DNA of 64,000 nt from a virus, in IMG/VR virus record IMGVR_UViG_3300026136_000008; one strand, given 5' to 3'. The first letter of the stretch is position 1. Each line of letters opens with the position of its first letter. The position numbers and the translations under genes are program-made. The notes beneath the pieces are model-generated. The model was not told the DNA's origin. It worked only from the letters and a program-made list of their open reading frames with translations, and ran no database searches. Below are positions 47,928 through 57,784 of the stretch, one piece after another.

Positions 47928-49589
47928 TTATAGTATAGTAGAGAAATTGTTCCTCTTAATAAACTGAATCTTTTGATCCATTTTACTTTCTAACACATCA
48001 GGTTTGTGGGATATAATAAACGTGTTTGTACCCTTCTCTAATGTCTTTAAGATCTTCATTAGATTGTCTGTACCTTCATCGTCAAGAGATGAATCAAACG
48101 TTTCGTCAAGAATAAGTAAGTTAGTGTTTGTAGAGTTCTTCATCTTTGCTATTTGTCTCCATGCAAATAACAATGATAAATCAATACGCATCTTCTCACC
48201 TTCAGAGAAGTTAGCATATACGAATTCGTCTCTATGTCTTGATTTGATTGTCTCTTCGAAGTTTTCATTAAGATGAAACGCAACAAAGAAGTCAAGTGTC
48301 TGTAAGTATTTGTTTATAAGAGCATTCATTGCGGGTAAATATTCTCTGATAATTTTCGTTCGAATACCTGTATCCTTGAGCATCTCAGCGGCAATATTGT
48401 TATATAATACCTGATCCTCAGCTTCTGTGAGGTTGTCCTGGATATCGATGAGATCATAGGTCATATCCACAAGCTCTTTGGCAGGTGCATCAATATCAAC
48501 TTCTTTCACTTGTTTATTGACTAGCTTTGTCATATTATCTGTATGTGTTGAGATCTTAGAATTGATATTAGACATTTCAGTAATTTGATCTTGTACTTTT
48601 TCTAATGTTTTGATTGTCTCATCATACTTTGTTTTGTTTAGATCTATATCTTCTTGAGTTTGCTTTGCTTGTGCCTTTACATCTGTAAGCATTGAAGTTT
48701 TTAAATCTGTACTAATCTCTTGAGTACATGTTGGGCAAGCAGTATTTACTTCAAAGAATTTTGCTTTGCCTACAAGCTCTTTCATAGAATGTGTGTGTTT
48801 ACCTTTCTCGGTATTTAGACCTTCTCTGACTTTCCTTAAGGAGTTGAGAGTACCGCGTAAGCCGAGAGGATATTTATCCAAATCAGCTTTTAGAGAATCA
48901 ATCTTATCTTGTGTTTCTTTTATCTCTTCCTTAAATGATTTCTTTGCATCTTCATTAATTTCTTCTAATTGAGTAATATGTTTCTTTTGATACTCTATTT
49001 TATCCTTTTGATTATTTAATGCGATTTGTGAATTCTTTGCCCATTCTTTTGCTTGAGCATTACGTGTTTTTAGTACTGTCTTCATCTTACTAAACACACC
49101 AATGTCTAATAGATCCTCAATAACATCACGTCTATCCCATGCTTTGAGTTGCATAAATGGTATAAATGAACTCGAACCGAGAACGACAATCTGGTGGAAT
49201 GATTTATGATTAAGCTTTAGAATGTTTTGCTCTAAGAATTTTTGATAGTCTCTTACGTTTGATTGTTGGTCTATCATGTTACCATCTTGATAGACTTCAA
49301 ACTTATTTGGCTTAATGCCACGTAATACTTTCCATGTGTGACCAGCCGTATCAAATTCGATTGTAACCTCACAACCTTTACCATTTACTGAATTCACTAG
49401 GCCACCTCTTTTAACATTACGGTGTGGCTTATTAAATAAAGCAAAGGATATGGCATCCAATATAGTAGATTTACCTGTACCATTTGTACCAACAATAAGA
49501 GTTGATCTTGCTTTGTTAAGGTGTATGGTTATTGGGTTGGCGCCGGTTGAGAGAAAGTTTTTGTAAGTAAGTTCTTTGAATAATATCAT
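47928..49589 (-). CDS. gp46: Recombination ATPase gp46 (Rad50/SbcC-like)
   Basis: 'GTNGTGKST', zinc hook CPTC, 'FSEGEK', 'LDE'. Confidence 0.96.
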   Translation of the reverse strand: MILFKELTYKNFLSTGANPITIHLNKARSTLIVGTNGTGKSTILDAISFALFNKPHRNVKRGGLVNSVNGKGCEVTIEFDTAGHTWKVLRGIKPNKFEVYQDGNMIDQQSNVRDYQKFLEQNILKLNHKSFHQIVVLGSSSFIPFMQLKAWDRRDVIEDLLDIGVFSKMKTVLKTRNAQAKEWAKNSQIALNNQKDKIEYQKKHITQLEEINEDAKKSFKEEIKETQDKIDSLKADLDKYPLGLRGTLNSLRKVREGLNTEKGKHTHSMKELVGKAKFFEVNTACPTCTQEISTDLKTSMLTDVKAQAKQTQEDIDLNKTKYDETIKTLEKVQDQITEMSNINSKISTHTDNMTKLVNKQVKEVDIDAPAKELVDMTYDLIDIQDNLTEAEDQVLYNNIAAEMLKDTGIRTKIIREYLPAMNALINKYLQTLDFFVAFHLNENFEETIKSRHRDEFVYANFSEGEKMRIDLSLLFAWRQIAKMKNSTNTNLLILDETFDSSLDDEGTDNLMKILKTLEKGTNTFIISHKPDVLESKMDQKIQFIKRNNFSTIL

Positions 49590-49613
49590 GTGTTATATTA
49601 TACTATATAAATG

Positions 49614-49814
49614 TCATTTGTACATATTTTCTTCTGCTATTTTACCACACTCTTCACTAGCATATTTCTTAAACCAACGTGGAGCAAAAGCATGTATGAA
49701 TACAGCTAGGGTTGCTTTGAATAATCGCCACGATATATTGAGTGCATGTTTTAGATGCTCGTAGCGTGTCATATTCACTTCTTCCAAGTGAAGTTTACAT
49801 TGTTTACTATACAT
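49614..49814 (-). CDS. Small conserved protein (DUF6356-like)
   Basis: 'HL....MTRYEHL..A.......IHAF.P..F...AS'. Confidence 0.6.
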   Translation of the reverse strand: MYSKQCKLHLEEVNMTRYEHLKHALNISWRLFKATLAVFIHAFAPRWFKKYASEECGKIAEENMYK

Positions 49815-50419
49815 TATACCTCTTTATCTTGAATATTATTTATTGCTTCGGGTTGAGGTACTACCCCAGGATCTACGACAAACATCATGTCTAATCCGAT
49901 ACTTTTTACTTGTTGTAAAAAATGGTCACAACTATTATATAGTTGAGCAGCAAATAGCCCTGTTTGGAAACTCATATCCATGTGCATTTCCTCTTCGTCA
50001 ATGACATGTTTCTTTATGGCAAGTTTCATGAAGTATTTGCCTTGTGCAGAAAGATCACCACAATTCATTTTCCAATATTCTATTCCTCCTAAAACCATTA
50101 GGATAAGAGACTTATCTTCAAAGTATTGTCTATACTTGTCTTTGTCTAAATTTTCTGTACCAGTTTCATCAGTCTCAGCCTCAACAATAGTATTTTGCAC
50201 AGCTGTAAGAGTTGCCGATGGTGTTTCTTCTGGTTCAGGTGCTATGTCATATACTATAACCTCAGGCTTAGGGCTGAAATCTGTCCATACTCTTTCGATC
50301 TCTGCCCAAGCCCATATTGGCCATAATATAAAGCCGACTATCATTGCTGATACGGCAAACTGGTAAACTGCCCATAGCAGTCTATTTTCTTCGGGATCTA
50401 TCCCCTTATGTCCTCGCAT
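49814..50419 (-). CDS. Membrane-anchored hypothetical protein
   Basis: N-terminal hydrophobic segment; start uncertain. Confidence 0.55.
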   Translation of the reverse strand: MRGHKGIDPEENRLLWAVYQFAVSAMIVGFILWPIWAWAEIERVWTDFSPKPEVIVYDIAPEPEETPSATLTAVQNTIVEAETDETGTENLDKDKYRQYFEDKSLILMVLGGIEYWKMNCGDLSAQGKYFMKLAIKKHVIDEEEMHMDMSFQTGLFAAQLYNSCDHFLQQVKSIGLDMMFVVDPGVVPQPEAINNIQDKEV

Positions 50420-50580
50420 GCTTCTCCTTCACAAACTGGAACTTCGATTTTGTCTTCTCCCCAAGCATTAAATGGGTTCTGCAACATAGAACATCCAGCT
50501 ACATTAAATATAACAAAAAGACAAACTAGAACAAATACTAGCATTGCCCATCTACTTTTAGAAACTTTTTTCATTTTCAT
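50398..50580 (-). CDS. Small lipoprotein
   Basis: Basic N-terminus, hydrophobic core, lipobox VAGC. Confidence 0.6.
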   Translation of the reverse strand: MKMKKVSKSRWAMLVFVLVCLFVIFNVAGCSMLQNPFNAWGEDKIEVPVCEGEACEDIRG

Positions 50581-51644
50581 TATTGTATCTCCATATCTAT
50601 GGCATCGTTATAGAGACTATTCATTAAGGTCTTGAGCTTTTCCTTATCAAGATCCGTATTCACACCGTCAATATAACTTGCCATTAAGTCTGTTGTATTT
50701 TCTACATCTTCTATATTAGTAAGAACATTCTCACCTAAGAACTCAGAGAAATTTTCAGCTATCTTTAAATCGTGTGTATTCAGCTCTGATATTCGTTCAA
50801 TAAATTTGTCAAACATGAATGGGTTAGACTTATTCCCAACAATTACTTTAACAAATTTGCCTGTAAGTGTATTTATATCATAATTTGCGTAATCTGTGTC
50901 AGTATCATCATAATATATTTTCTCAAATAATGTGAGCGGATTAGGTATTGCTTCCACAGTTTTTGTATCTGTATCGAATACATGGAAATATTTCTGATCT
51001 CCAGCATCTGCCCATGTGAATTCCATTTGGCATCCAAGGTATCTGATGTTGCCTTGTTGAGATGAGGCATGGTAATGTCCAGATAAACATAGGTCAAAGT
51101 GTGCAAAAGGTTCTACACCCATACCATGACCCATAGGTTGCTTAATACCTCTCATCATTTCAAAGCCTTGCAACTCTAAATGACCCATCATAATGCCTTT
51201 ATTACTTGCCAAGAAATTCATTGATTGATCCCAATTCTCTGGATTAATCCATGGCACTAAATGTACATCACAACCATCATAGTTTAATGTTGATGGTTTC
51301 ATAATGATATTGATATTGCTTGTGTAATAACCTAATAGTTCTTTAAGAGAACATAGATCATTTGTGTTCTTATGGAATACATCATGGTTACCTGGAATAA
51401 TATCCATAGTCATACCATTCTGTTTCATAGGCTCAAGGAAATGTCTACGGTTAGCATTCAATGCCTTAAAGTTTACAAACTTCCGATGGTCATAATAATC
51501 ACCTAGATGTATAATATGTTTTATATCATTATCTTTACAAAATGGAAAGAATATTTCAGAATAGAATCTCTCTTGGAAGTCTATGAATATTTCTGAACTA
51601 TTTCTTACACCACAATGTGTATCATTTAATAATGCTATCTTCAT
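50580..51644 (-). CDS. gp47: Recombination nuclease gp47 (Mre11/SbcD-like)
   Basis: 'DTH.G', 'LGD..D', 'GNHD', 'SGHYH'. Confidence 0.96.
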   Translation of the reverse strand: MKIALLNDTHCGVRNSSEIFIDFQERFYSEIFFPFCKDNDIKHIIHLGDYYDHRKFVNFKALNANRRHFLEPMKQNGMTMDIIPGNHDVFHKNTNDLCSLKELLGYYTSNINIIMKPSTLNYDGCDVHLVPWINPENWDQSMNFLASNKGIMMGHLELQGFEMMRGIKQPMGHGMGVEPFAHFDLCLSGHYHASSQQGNIRYLGCQMEFTWADAGDQKYFHVFDTDTKTVEAIPNPLTLFEKIYYDDTDTDYANYDINTLTGKFVKVIVGNKSNPFMFDKFIERISELNTHDLKIAENFSEFLGENVLTNIEDVENTTDLMASYIDGVNTDLDKEKLKTLMNSLYNDAIDMEIQ

Positions 51645-52198
51645 TTAAATGGATCTCCTTTAAACCAAATAACTAAACTATATCTTGTACCTTTTGTCAC
51701 TTTATCTACCTTATGCCAAACATGAGATGGGAATACATTAACAGAACCTTTCGGTCTTCCTAATTTATTTAACATAGGTTTTGTTTGACCATATTCTAAT
51801 TCATTATCAAACCACATATCGCCGCCTTCAAAATCATCATTCAGATTCACAGTAACACTTAGCTTTCTTATCTTACCATCTTTAAATGGTTCTTCAAATG
51901 AATCCCTATGCCAATCGTAATAACCACCTTCGTTATATTCGGTAAATTGAATTGCTTTTACTTCATCGTATTCTAAATTCCAGCCAGCTTTTTCATTAGC
52001 TTCACGTATATATGGATGTACTAAATCCATAATCCATGGATCATATAACCACACAATATCTGACTCTCTATAATTTTCTAAGTTATCCTTTGTAACAGCT
52101 TTCTTTTTCTCTTGGGATAAACCTAATTTTATTATATGGTCACATATTTTTGGATCTATTGCTTTTGGACGTGTCCAAACAAATTGTTTAAATCTCAT
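51641..52198 (-). CDS. 2OG-Fe(II) oxygenase
   Basis: 'YDWHRD', 'RKLS', 'FPS..WHKV..VTKGTRYSLV.W'. Confidence 0.88.
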   Translation of the reverse strand: MRFKQFVWTRPKAIDPKICDHIIKLGLSQEKKKAVTKDNLENYRESDIVWLYDPWIMDLVHPYIREANEKAGWNLEYDEVKAIQFTEYNEGGYYDWHRDSFEEPFKDGKIRKLSVTVNLNDDFEGGDMWFDNELEYGQTKPMLNKLGRPKGSVNVFPSHVWHKVDKVTKGTRYSLVIWFKGDPFK

Positions 52199-52914
52199 TT
52201 AGATACTACTCTATGCTTTGGTGCCCATCCTAATTCTGTTAATTCTTTAATATTGGCGCATGTCTTTACTCGTTCTGTTGTTGGATTATCTGCTCTTATT
52301 TCAGGTGATCTGTATGGCATTAATTTTGCAGCTACTTCTTTTAAATTGATTGATTCACCTGTTCCAATATCAACACATTTACCCACCATTATATCATAGT
52401 TTTCCATCAATGTACATATAGCAGAACATAAATCTTCTATATGAGTCCAATCTCTTTCATGGTATCCATTTATATATTGAACTGTTCCTGGGTTTTCTGT
52501 CATTCTATGATACATCATATCTGTTCTGCCCGGATAAACTGTATGAGGTCTAAAACCTACAAAATCTTTTCCATCCACTTCATTAATCTTTTTAGTTGTA
52601 GCATATGGATTAGTCCACCATTCATGAGCATTTGAACTTGAAGCATACATACATTTTATATTACGTCTCCTACAAAATTCAAATACAGTTCTTGTACCAA
52701 TTACATTTGTTTCAAAATATTCATCAGGCCAATCTAAAGATCTACGAACTCCGGTTAATGCAGCAAGATGAATAACCATATCAAATTTGCCAGTAGCATA
52801 GTCAAACTCAGTAATCTCACCAGTAAAACCAAATACTTTATGTCCTTCATTTTCTAAGTACTTACTTAAATGTTTTCCTATATAACCACGCGATCCAGTT
52901 ATTATTATATCCAT
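52195..52914 (-). CDS. NAD-dependent epimerase/dehydratase
   Basis: 'TGSRGYIG', 'HLAA', 'YASSS', YxxxK. Confidence 0.88.
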   Translation of the reverse strand: MDIIITGSRGYIGKHLSKYLENEGHKVFGFTGEITEFDYATGKFDMVIHLAALTGVRRSLDWPDEYFETNVIGTRTVFEFCRRRNIKCMYASSSNAHEWWTNPYATTKKINEVDGKDFVGFRPHTVYPGRTDMMYHRMTENPGTVQYINGYHERDWTHIEDLCSAICTLMENYDIMVGKCVDIGTGESINLKEVAAKLMPYRSPEIRADNPTTERVKTCANIKELTELGWAPKHRVVSK

Positions 52915-53693
52915 CTTTTATCTTCCTTTATATCTTGATTAATTTTACGCGCCTTCTCTAATAAGGTAAGTTTGCCTTGTCCAGATTTTACAAAGGCACT
53001 TGTATCTTTTGGAAAGCACATACCACCAAATCCATATTTTCCATCTGGTCCAGGAACCATCATATGACTTTTACCAATGCGCTCATCCATAGATACTAAC
53101 TGTGTTAATTCATAAAATCCATTTTGTCCAAACATAGATTTAAGTTCATTAAAGAATATCACTTTTGTGGCAAGAAATGAATTGATTGTGTATTTGGCAT
53201 AAGCCGCTGTTCTTATATCAGTAAATTTTATATGATTTATTTTTATGCCAGCATCTTGAAATACTGTACACCAAAATAAGCATTGGCCTCCACCAAAGAT
53301 AGCAAATTTCTGGTTTAGAAATTCTTTTTCCGAATCTGCTTCTGTTAAAAACTCTGGATTTGTTGTAAGAAAGTTGTCCTCTATGAGTAACTCTGCAAGC
53401 TCAACAGATATAGTTGACTTAATAAGAATAGGAACCTTTGGTGCATGCTTACGAATCTCACGGTGATATTGTTCTACTAGCATATCATCACATTCACCCA
53501 TTGGCCCTTGTGGTGTAGGTAAACATATAATAATACCATCATAAAGATGATAGTGTGGATATATGTAATCTCTTTGAACTAATTCATAACCTGCTGGAGG
53601 ATCTAATATTTCTACAGCATATTTTTGTGATATACCTGCAAATACAGCTTTACCTACTACGCCATAGCCTATGATTAAAAATCTTTTATTCAT
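52905..53693 (-). CDS. UDP-glucose/GDP-mannose 6-dehydrogenase (no C-terminal domain)
   Basis: 'GYGVVG', 'KST', 'NPEFL', 'GFGGMCFPKD'. Confidence 0.88.
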   Translation of the reverse strand: MNKRFLIIGYGVVGKAVFAGISQKYAVEILDPPAGYELVQRDYIYPHYHLYDGIIICLPTPQGPMGECDDMLVEQYHREIRKHAPKVPILIKSTISVELAELLIEDNFLTTNPEFLTEADSEKEFLNQKFAIFGGGQCLFWCTVFQDAGIKINHIKFTDIRTAAYAKYTINSFLATKVIFFNELKSMFGQNGFYELTQLVSMDERIGKSHMMVPGPDGKYGFGGMCFPKDTSAFVKSGQGKLTLLEKARKINQDIKEDKRWI

Positions 53694-54264
53694 CCATTAC
53701 CTTTTCTAATCCTTTCTTTTCTTTTGCCTTTTCTTCCTTCGCAAAATCACTGATCTGAGAATCAACTTCTTTGATCTTAGATATTTTTTCACGAAGAGTA
53801 TCAAGGAACGATTGGTCAATAGGACTATTCATATCAATAGCAGATACAAAGTCTTCTATATTGGCTTGCTCCATAAATTTGAATTTAATATCGGCTTGTT
53901 TCTTTTCTTTTACAATACGTCGTATAAAAGCAAAGTAAGCGATTTGTGTAAAATATGAAAATGCATTAGGCTTACCAGTTCTTGTGCTAGCATCTATTCT
54001 ATAATTGTATATTGCTTTCAAGCAATTCTCAACACCATCCATTACCATCTCATCTCGATATGTGTATCGTACAAAGTTTGGTTTATGAGATAGACCTTCA
54101 CAGATCTTCATAAAGCACATTGCAATATAATCTGGTACTATTGGATTTTTATCTCCCCTTTTCTTCGCAGCATTTGCCTCGGTTACATAGTCAACTACAG
54201 CATATGAAAACTGCCGGTTATTTACGTAATGGGGTTTGTCTCTAGGTTTAATTTTTTCAGTCAT
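53686..54264 (-). CDS. gp55: Late-transcription sigma factor gp55
   Basis: 'HYVNN', 'PNF..YTYRDEM..D..ENC', 'NAFSYFTQI.YFAF.RRI.KEK'. Confidence 0.97.
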   Translation of the reverse strand: MTEKIKPRDKPHYVNNRQFSYAVVDYVTEANAAKKRGDKNPIVPDYIAMCFMKICEGLSHKPNFVRYTYRDEMVMDGVENCLKAIYNYRIDASTRTGKPNAFSYFTQIAYFAFIRRIVKEKKQADIKFKFMEQANIEDFVSAIDMNSPIDQSFLDTLREKISKIKEVDSQISDFAKEEKAKEKKGLEKVMDE

Positions 54265-54316
54265 AATATCTCCATGTGTATAAGCATTATATCACATAAT
54301 GCCTAAATGTACATAC

Positions 54317-54625
54317 TTAAATACTAAAAGATGATCCACAACCGCATGTTGTTTTTGCGTTGGGATTACTTATTTGGAATCTTGCTCCTGTTAAATCTTG
54401 AACATAATCGATCGTTATGCCTTCTAAATATTGATAGCTCATAGGATCAACTCGAACTTGCACATCATTTTTTTCAATAATAAAATCACCATCTATATTT
54501 TTCTCATCTAATTTAAAACCATAGTTAAAGCCTGAGCATCCACCACCAGAAATATAAACACGAAGACTTTCATCTCCGGTAATCATCTCGGATACTTTAC
54601 TTGTGGCATTATCAGTTATTTGCAT
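54317..54625 (-). CDS. erpA: A-type Fe-S carrier ErpA-like
   Basis: '[17 protein letters not shown]', 'DPMS.QYL', '[14 protein letters not shown]'. Confidence 0.88.
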   Translation of the reverse strand: MQITDNATSKVSEMITGDESLRVYISGGGCSGFNYGFKLDEKNIDGDFIIEKNDVQVRVDPMSYQYLEGITIDYVQDLTGARFQISNPNAKTTCGCGSSFSI

Positions 54626-54641
54626 ATTTATTTTAACTAAA

Positions 54642-54673
54642 GTATGTACAAAGCCGCTTTTCTATGGTATAAT
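54642..54673 (+). promoter_or_regulatory. GTATGTAC-class promoter in antisense orientation
   Basis: GTATGTAC-N18-TATAAT with extended -10 TG; same motif as 14 minus-strand promoters. Confidence 0.75.
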
Positions 54674-54704
54674 AAGAGAGTACTCTCTGCGGGGGGAGAC
54701 AGTA

Positions 54705-55070
54705 TTAATGGGTAGTGGCGTTTCCCTTCATGAGTTTAGTTTGTTCTATTAAAACATCCTTATCATGTTGGATCTCATCTAAAACAATCTTCATGTAGTG
54801 TGCCTTTATATCATCTTGAAGATCAGTCTGTAATAACACATTAAAATCTTCAATAGTATGTAATGACCCCATAGAGAACGGTAACCAAGGTGTTAAAACA
54901 AAATGGTTATCCGGTTCTGTAATCACTTTCATAGGTTCTTCAACATGGATTAATGAACCATTTGATTCATCATCAATAGTATGAGTATATGCAATGATGT
55001 TTTCACCATTGACTAGTTTATACAACCTTACTGGTAATTGCGATATGTCGTCTGGGAATTTCTTGTCCAT
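54705..55070 (-). CDS. Conserved T4-like hypothetical between uvsW and gp55
   Basis: 'KLVNGENIIA...PW'; late promoter at 55076-55083. Confidence 0.75.
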   Translation of the reverse strand: MDKKFPDDISQLPVRLYKLVNGENIIAYTHTIDDESNGSLIHVEEPMKVITEPDNHFVLTPWLPFSMGSLHTIEDFNVLLQTDLQDDIKAHYMKIVLDEIQHDKDVLIEQTKLMKGNATTH

Positions 55071-55075
55071 ATATG

Positions 55076-55083
55076 TATTTATA
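55076..55083 (-). promoter_or_regulatory. Late promoter TATAAATA
   Basis: Exact consensus overlapping the uvsW stop codon. Confidence 0.65.
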
Positions 55084-56575
55084 ATAATTTCACCTCATGT
55101 ATCTTGAATTTGAACCTTTCTTTTGAATATATTTTTATCCTTTCACCGCTATGATTTAAGGTATAATTCTTATTAGATTTCCAGTGTAGGTCATCCGCTA
55201 AGTCATATATCGTTGTATCTAGCGTACTCTTTCTTAATCCTCTACCAATACTTTGCAATACTCGTATCTGACTCTTACTTGGACTTGCAAATATAATATT
55301 GTGTAGGTTAACTATATTTATACCAGTAGAGAATGTACCATATGAACAGACTAATATAGCATTAGATTCTTGTTCAGTAATAGATCTAATTTCTTCGCGC
55401 GTATCTGCAGGGGTCTTGCCGGATACATAAAACACTTTGCGCTTACTATCTGTTGCACCATCTATTAATCTAAACAGCGGTTCACCATGCTTCTCTACAT
55501 ATTGGAATAATACTAATGTGTTACCTTTTAGATCGACAGCTAAATTCTTTATAAAGTTATTTCTCTTCTGACTCGTAACAATCCAATCTACCTCGTCTTG
55601 GTATTTCATGCCATTCACTAATTTACAATGCTCGTCAGGATGTTTAAGTAATAATACATCAATCGATATATTAGCAAGATCACCACGATCGATAAGCTCT
55701 TTACTTGTTGTGATATTCTTATGTGGTCCAAATAAACCTTCAAGAACTAACTTATGTGTTTGTGTACCATCTAATGTACCTGTTAGTCCATACCTATATC
55801 CAGCTTCTGTGCATTTAGTAAGAATGCTTGTTAATGATTTAGCTTTAAATCCATGTGCTTCATCTCCGATCACCATACCAAATTGTTGGAAATAACCTTT
55901 TTGCATTTTGTATATAGACTGCCAAGTAGATACATATATTCTTTTTGTCTTATGGCCTTTATCTAAACCTGCCATAATCTCATGACATTCATTTGCATCA
56001 AAGTTAGGATCATTCTCAGAGTACTTCGCAAAATCTCCAACCATTTGTTTAACGAGTGATGTAGTAGGTACAATCAATAATACTTTATCAGCCTCTAAAT
56101 CATAACTCATATCTAAGAAATATCTCATCATTAGGTATATAATATATGATTTACCCGAGGCTGTAGGTGATACCATTAATGCTTTTCTATTCTCGAGTGC
56201 ATGCTTCACAGCAGCTAACTGATAATCTCTTGGCGGAAATGGTAATACATATTCGTCGATAAAAGACATATCGACATTTACATGTACATTAGGTAGATTA
56301 TAACCAAGCTTTGCACTTGGTAATACTGTAAGTTTTATATTTCTTTCTGCAGCGAATGCTGCAATATATTTGTATAGACCGGCGTATATAGACTGATCTC
56401 TGAGATTAAGGAGTCTTACTTTACCATCCCACATTTTGTTTCTAAACTGTGGCATGAATTTATATCCAGGAACGAAGAATGTAAAATATTCTGCTAGTTC
56501 TTGTATGATTCCTTTATCGTCACAATCTACATAGATAAAGGCATTATCTTTAGTTTGTACTGTTATTTCTTCCAT
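55079..56575 (-). CDS. uvsW: SF2 helicase UvsW
   Basis: 'SPTASGKS', 'DEAH', 'GLTGT', 'QSIGRGLR'; likely start at 56575. Confidence 0.96.
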   Translation of the reverse strand: MEEITVQTKDNAFIYVDCDDKGIIQELAEYFTFFVPGYKFMPQFRNKMWDGKVRLLNLRDQSIYAGLYKYIAAFAAERNIKLTVLPSAKLGYNLPNVHVNVDMSFIDEYVLPFPPRDYQLAAVKHALENRKALMVSPTASGKSYIIYLMMRYFLDMSYDLEADKVLLIVPTTSLVKQMVGDFAKYSENDPNFDANECHEIMAGLDKGHKTKRIYVSTWQSIYKMQKGYFQQFGMVIGDEAHGFKAKSLTSILTKCTEAGYRYGLTGTLDGTQTHKLVLEGLFGPHKNITTSKELIDRGDLANISIDVLLLKHPDEHCKLVNGMKYQDEVDWIVTSQKRNNFIKNLAVDLKGNTLVLFQYVEKHGEPLFRLIDGATDSKRKVFYVSGKTPADTREEIRSITEQESNAILVCSYGTFSTGINIVNLHNIIFASPSKSQIRVLQSIGRGLRKSTLDTTIYDLADDLHWKSNKNYTLNHSGERIKIYSKERFKFKIHEVKLL

Positions 56576-56774
56576 TTGCTTCGGCCGCCAATTTATGTGC
56601 ATACTCTAATGCGGTCATCCCATTTGGATAGACTACGTCTAACGGTGTAGACTTTAATTTCTCTTCAGTCTCTTTAATTAATTTTTCGAACTTAGATTTT
56701 TCAGAACAAGGCTTTAAACCTTTATTGATATTAGTGTAGTTAATAAGTAATAACTCGAGTGTTTTTCTATTCAT
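56550..56774 (-). CDS. Hypothetical protein
   Basis: 74 aa ORF. Confidence 0.55.
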   Translation of the reverse strand: MNRKTLELLLINYTNINKGLKPCSEKSKFEKLIKETEEKLKSTPLDVVYPNGMTALEYAHKLAAEANGRNNSTN

Positions 56775-57319
56775 CTTTTATTACTGTCAGAACCTTCAAT
56801 AAAATTTGTCATGTATACATGTTCTAGTTGTTGTATTAAAGCCACATTAACATATGATATAGGAATATACTTACTTACAGAAATAGAATCAATATCAATT
56901 AACCTGAGAGTTTCATTTTTAAAATCCCAAATTATATTATCTGGATTAGGATCACCATACCATATAAATTTATTCTCCATAAATTTTACTTCTTTTCTTG
57001 CTACATCATATAATTTTTCAAATATACGGTCCATAGCTATTTTTATTTTAATGATATCATTGTGATATAATTTACCACCATTTTTTAAATACTGATTAAT
57101 TGTCATTCCATTTACATATTCGTATGTAAACCCATCATCATTAATTTCATGTATCTTTGGAAAAAAATCTAAATTATAACGTTCTTGAAGTATTTTTACT
57201 GAATGTATTATTCGTTTTTTTCTATGCCACAGTCTAGGTTTTTTATGTACTACTCCATCAACTAATGTCACTACACTAGACATTCCATCAAAATGGTTTA
57301 GATTAGACTCCTGCTTCAA
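56771..57319 (-). CDS. Protein-kinase-like / APH-family phosphotransferase
   Basis: 'YEYVNG', catalytic loop 'GDPNPDNI', 'LIDID'. Confidence 0.65.
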   Translation of the reverse strand: MKQESNLNHFDGMSSVVTLVDGVVHKKPRLWHRKKRIIHSVKILQERYNLDFFPKIHEINDDGFTYEYVNGMTINQYLKNGGKLYHNDIIKIKIAMDRIFEKLYDVARKEVKFMENKFIWYGDPNPDNIIWDFKNETLRLIDIDSISVSKYIPISYVNVALIQQLEHVYMTNFIEGSDSNKR

Positions 57320-57749
57320 AACTTCTCCATTTTATAATGTTACCAATATTCTGATGTCTCCAACGTATGGTAGACATAATCTCTTCAAGAGTTTCAACTA
57401 AAATCTTTTCTACTTCTAATAATGCTTGTGATCTTTGGATATCAGTATCTGCATCATAATAATAATTCATATCACCTTTTAGTGGTTTATTTAATCCGCC
57501 AAATGGATCGTACTCCCACTTAAATGCATCTATTTGTTCTTTAGACAATTTGCCGTTATAGTAAAGCCACTTATCTTTAAGTAATGTCTTATACTCTAAC
57601 TCACGTTTTTTACGTGTCATCTTCGCAATGGTAAGTAATTCTAAATACTTACTATGGATACGTGCCATCCTAATAGTAGTATCATCTAATTTTAATTCAT
57701 CTATCTGGCCATCTTTCTGCCACATTTGTAGTACTTCAGTTGTAGTCAT
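57303..57749 (-). CDS. uvsY: Recombination mediator UvsY
   Basis: 'W..D..ID', 'HSKYL', 'YY.GK', 'I.N.I.W..F..G'. Confidence 0.9.
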   Translation of the reverse strand: MTTTEVLQMWQKDGQIDELKLDDTTIRMARIHSKYLELLTIAKMTRKKRELEYKTLLKDKWLYYNGKLSKEQIDAFKWEYDPFGGLNKPLKGDMNYYYDADTDIQRSQALLEVEKILVETLEEIMSTIRWRHQNIGNIIKWRSFEAGV

Positions 57750-57784
57750 AATAATCTAGTTATATCTATATTAGGTATATTATA

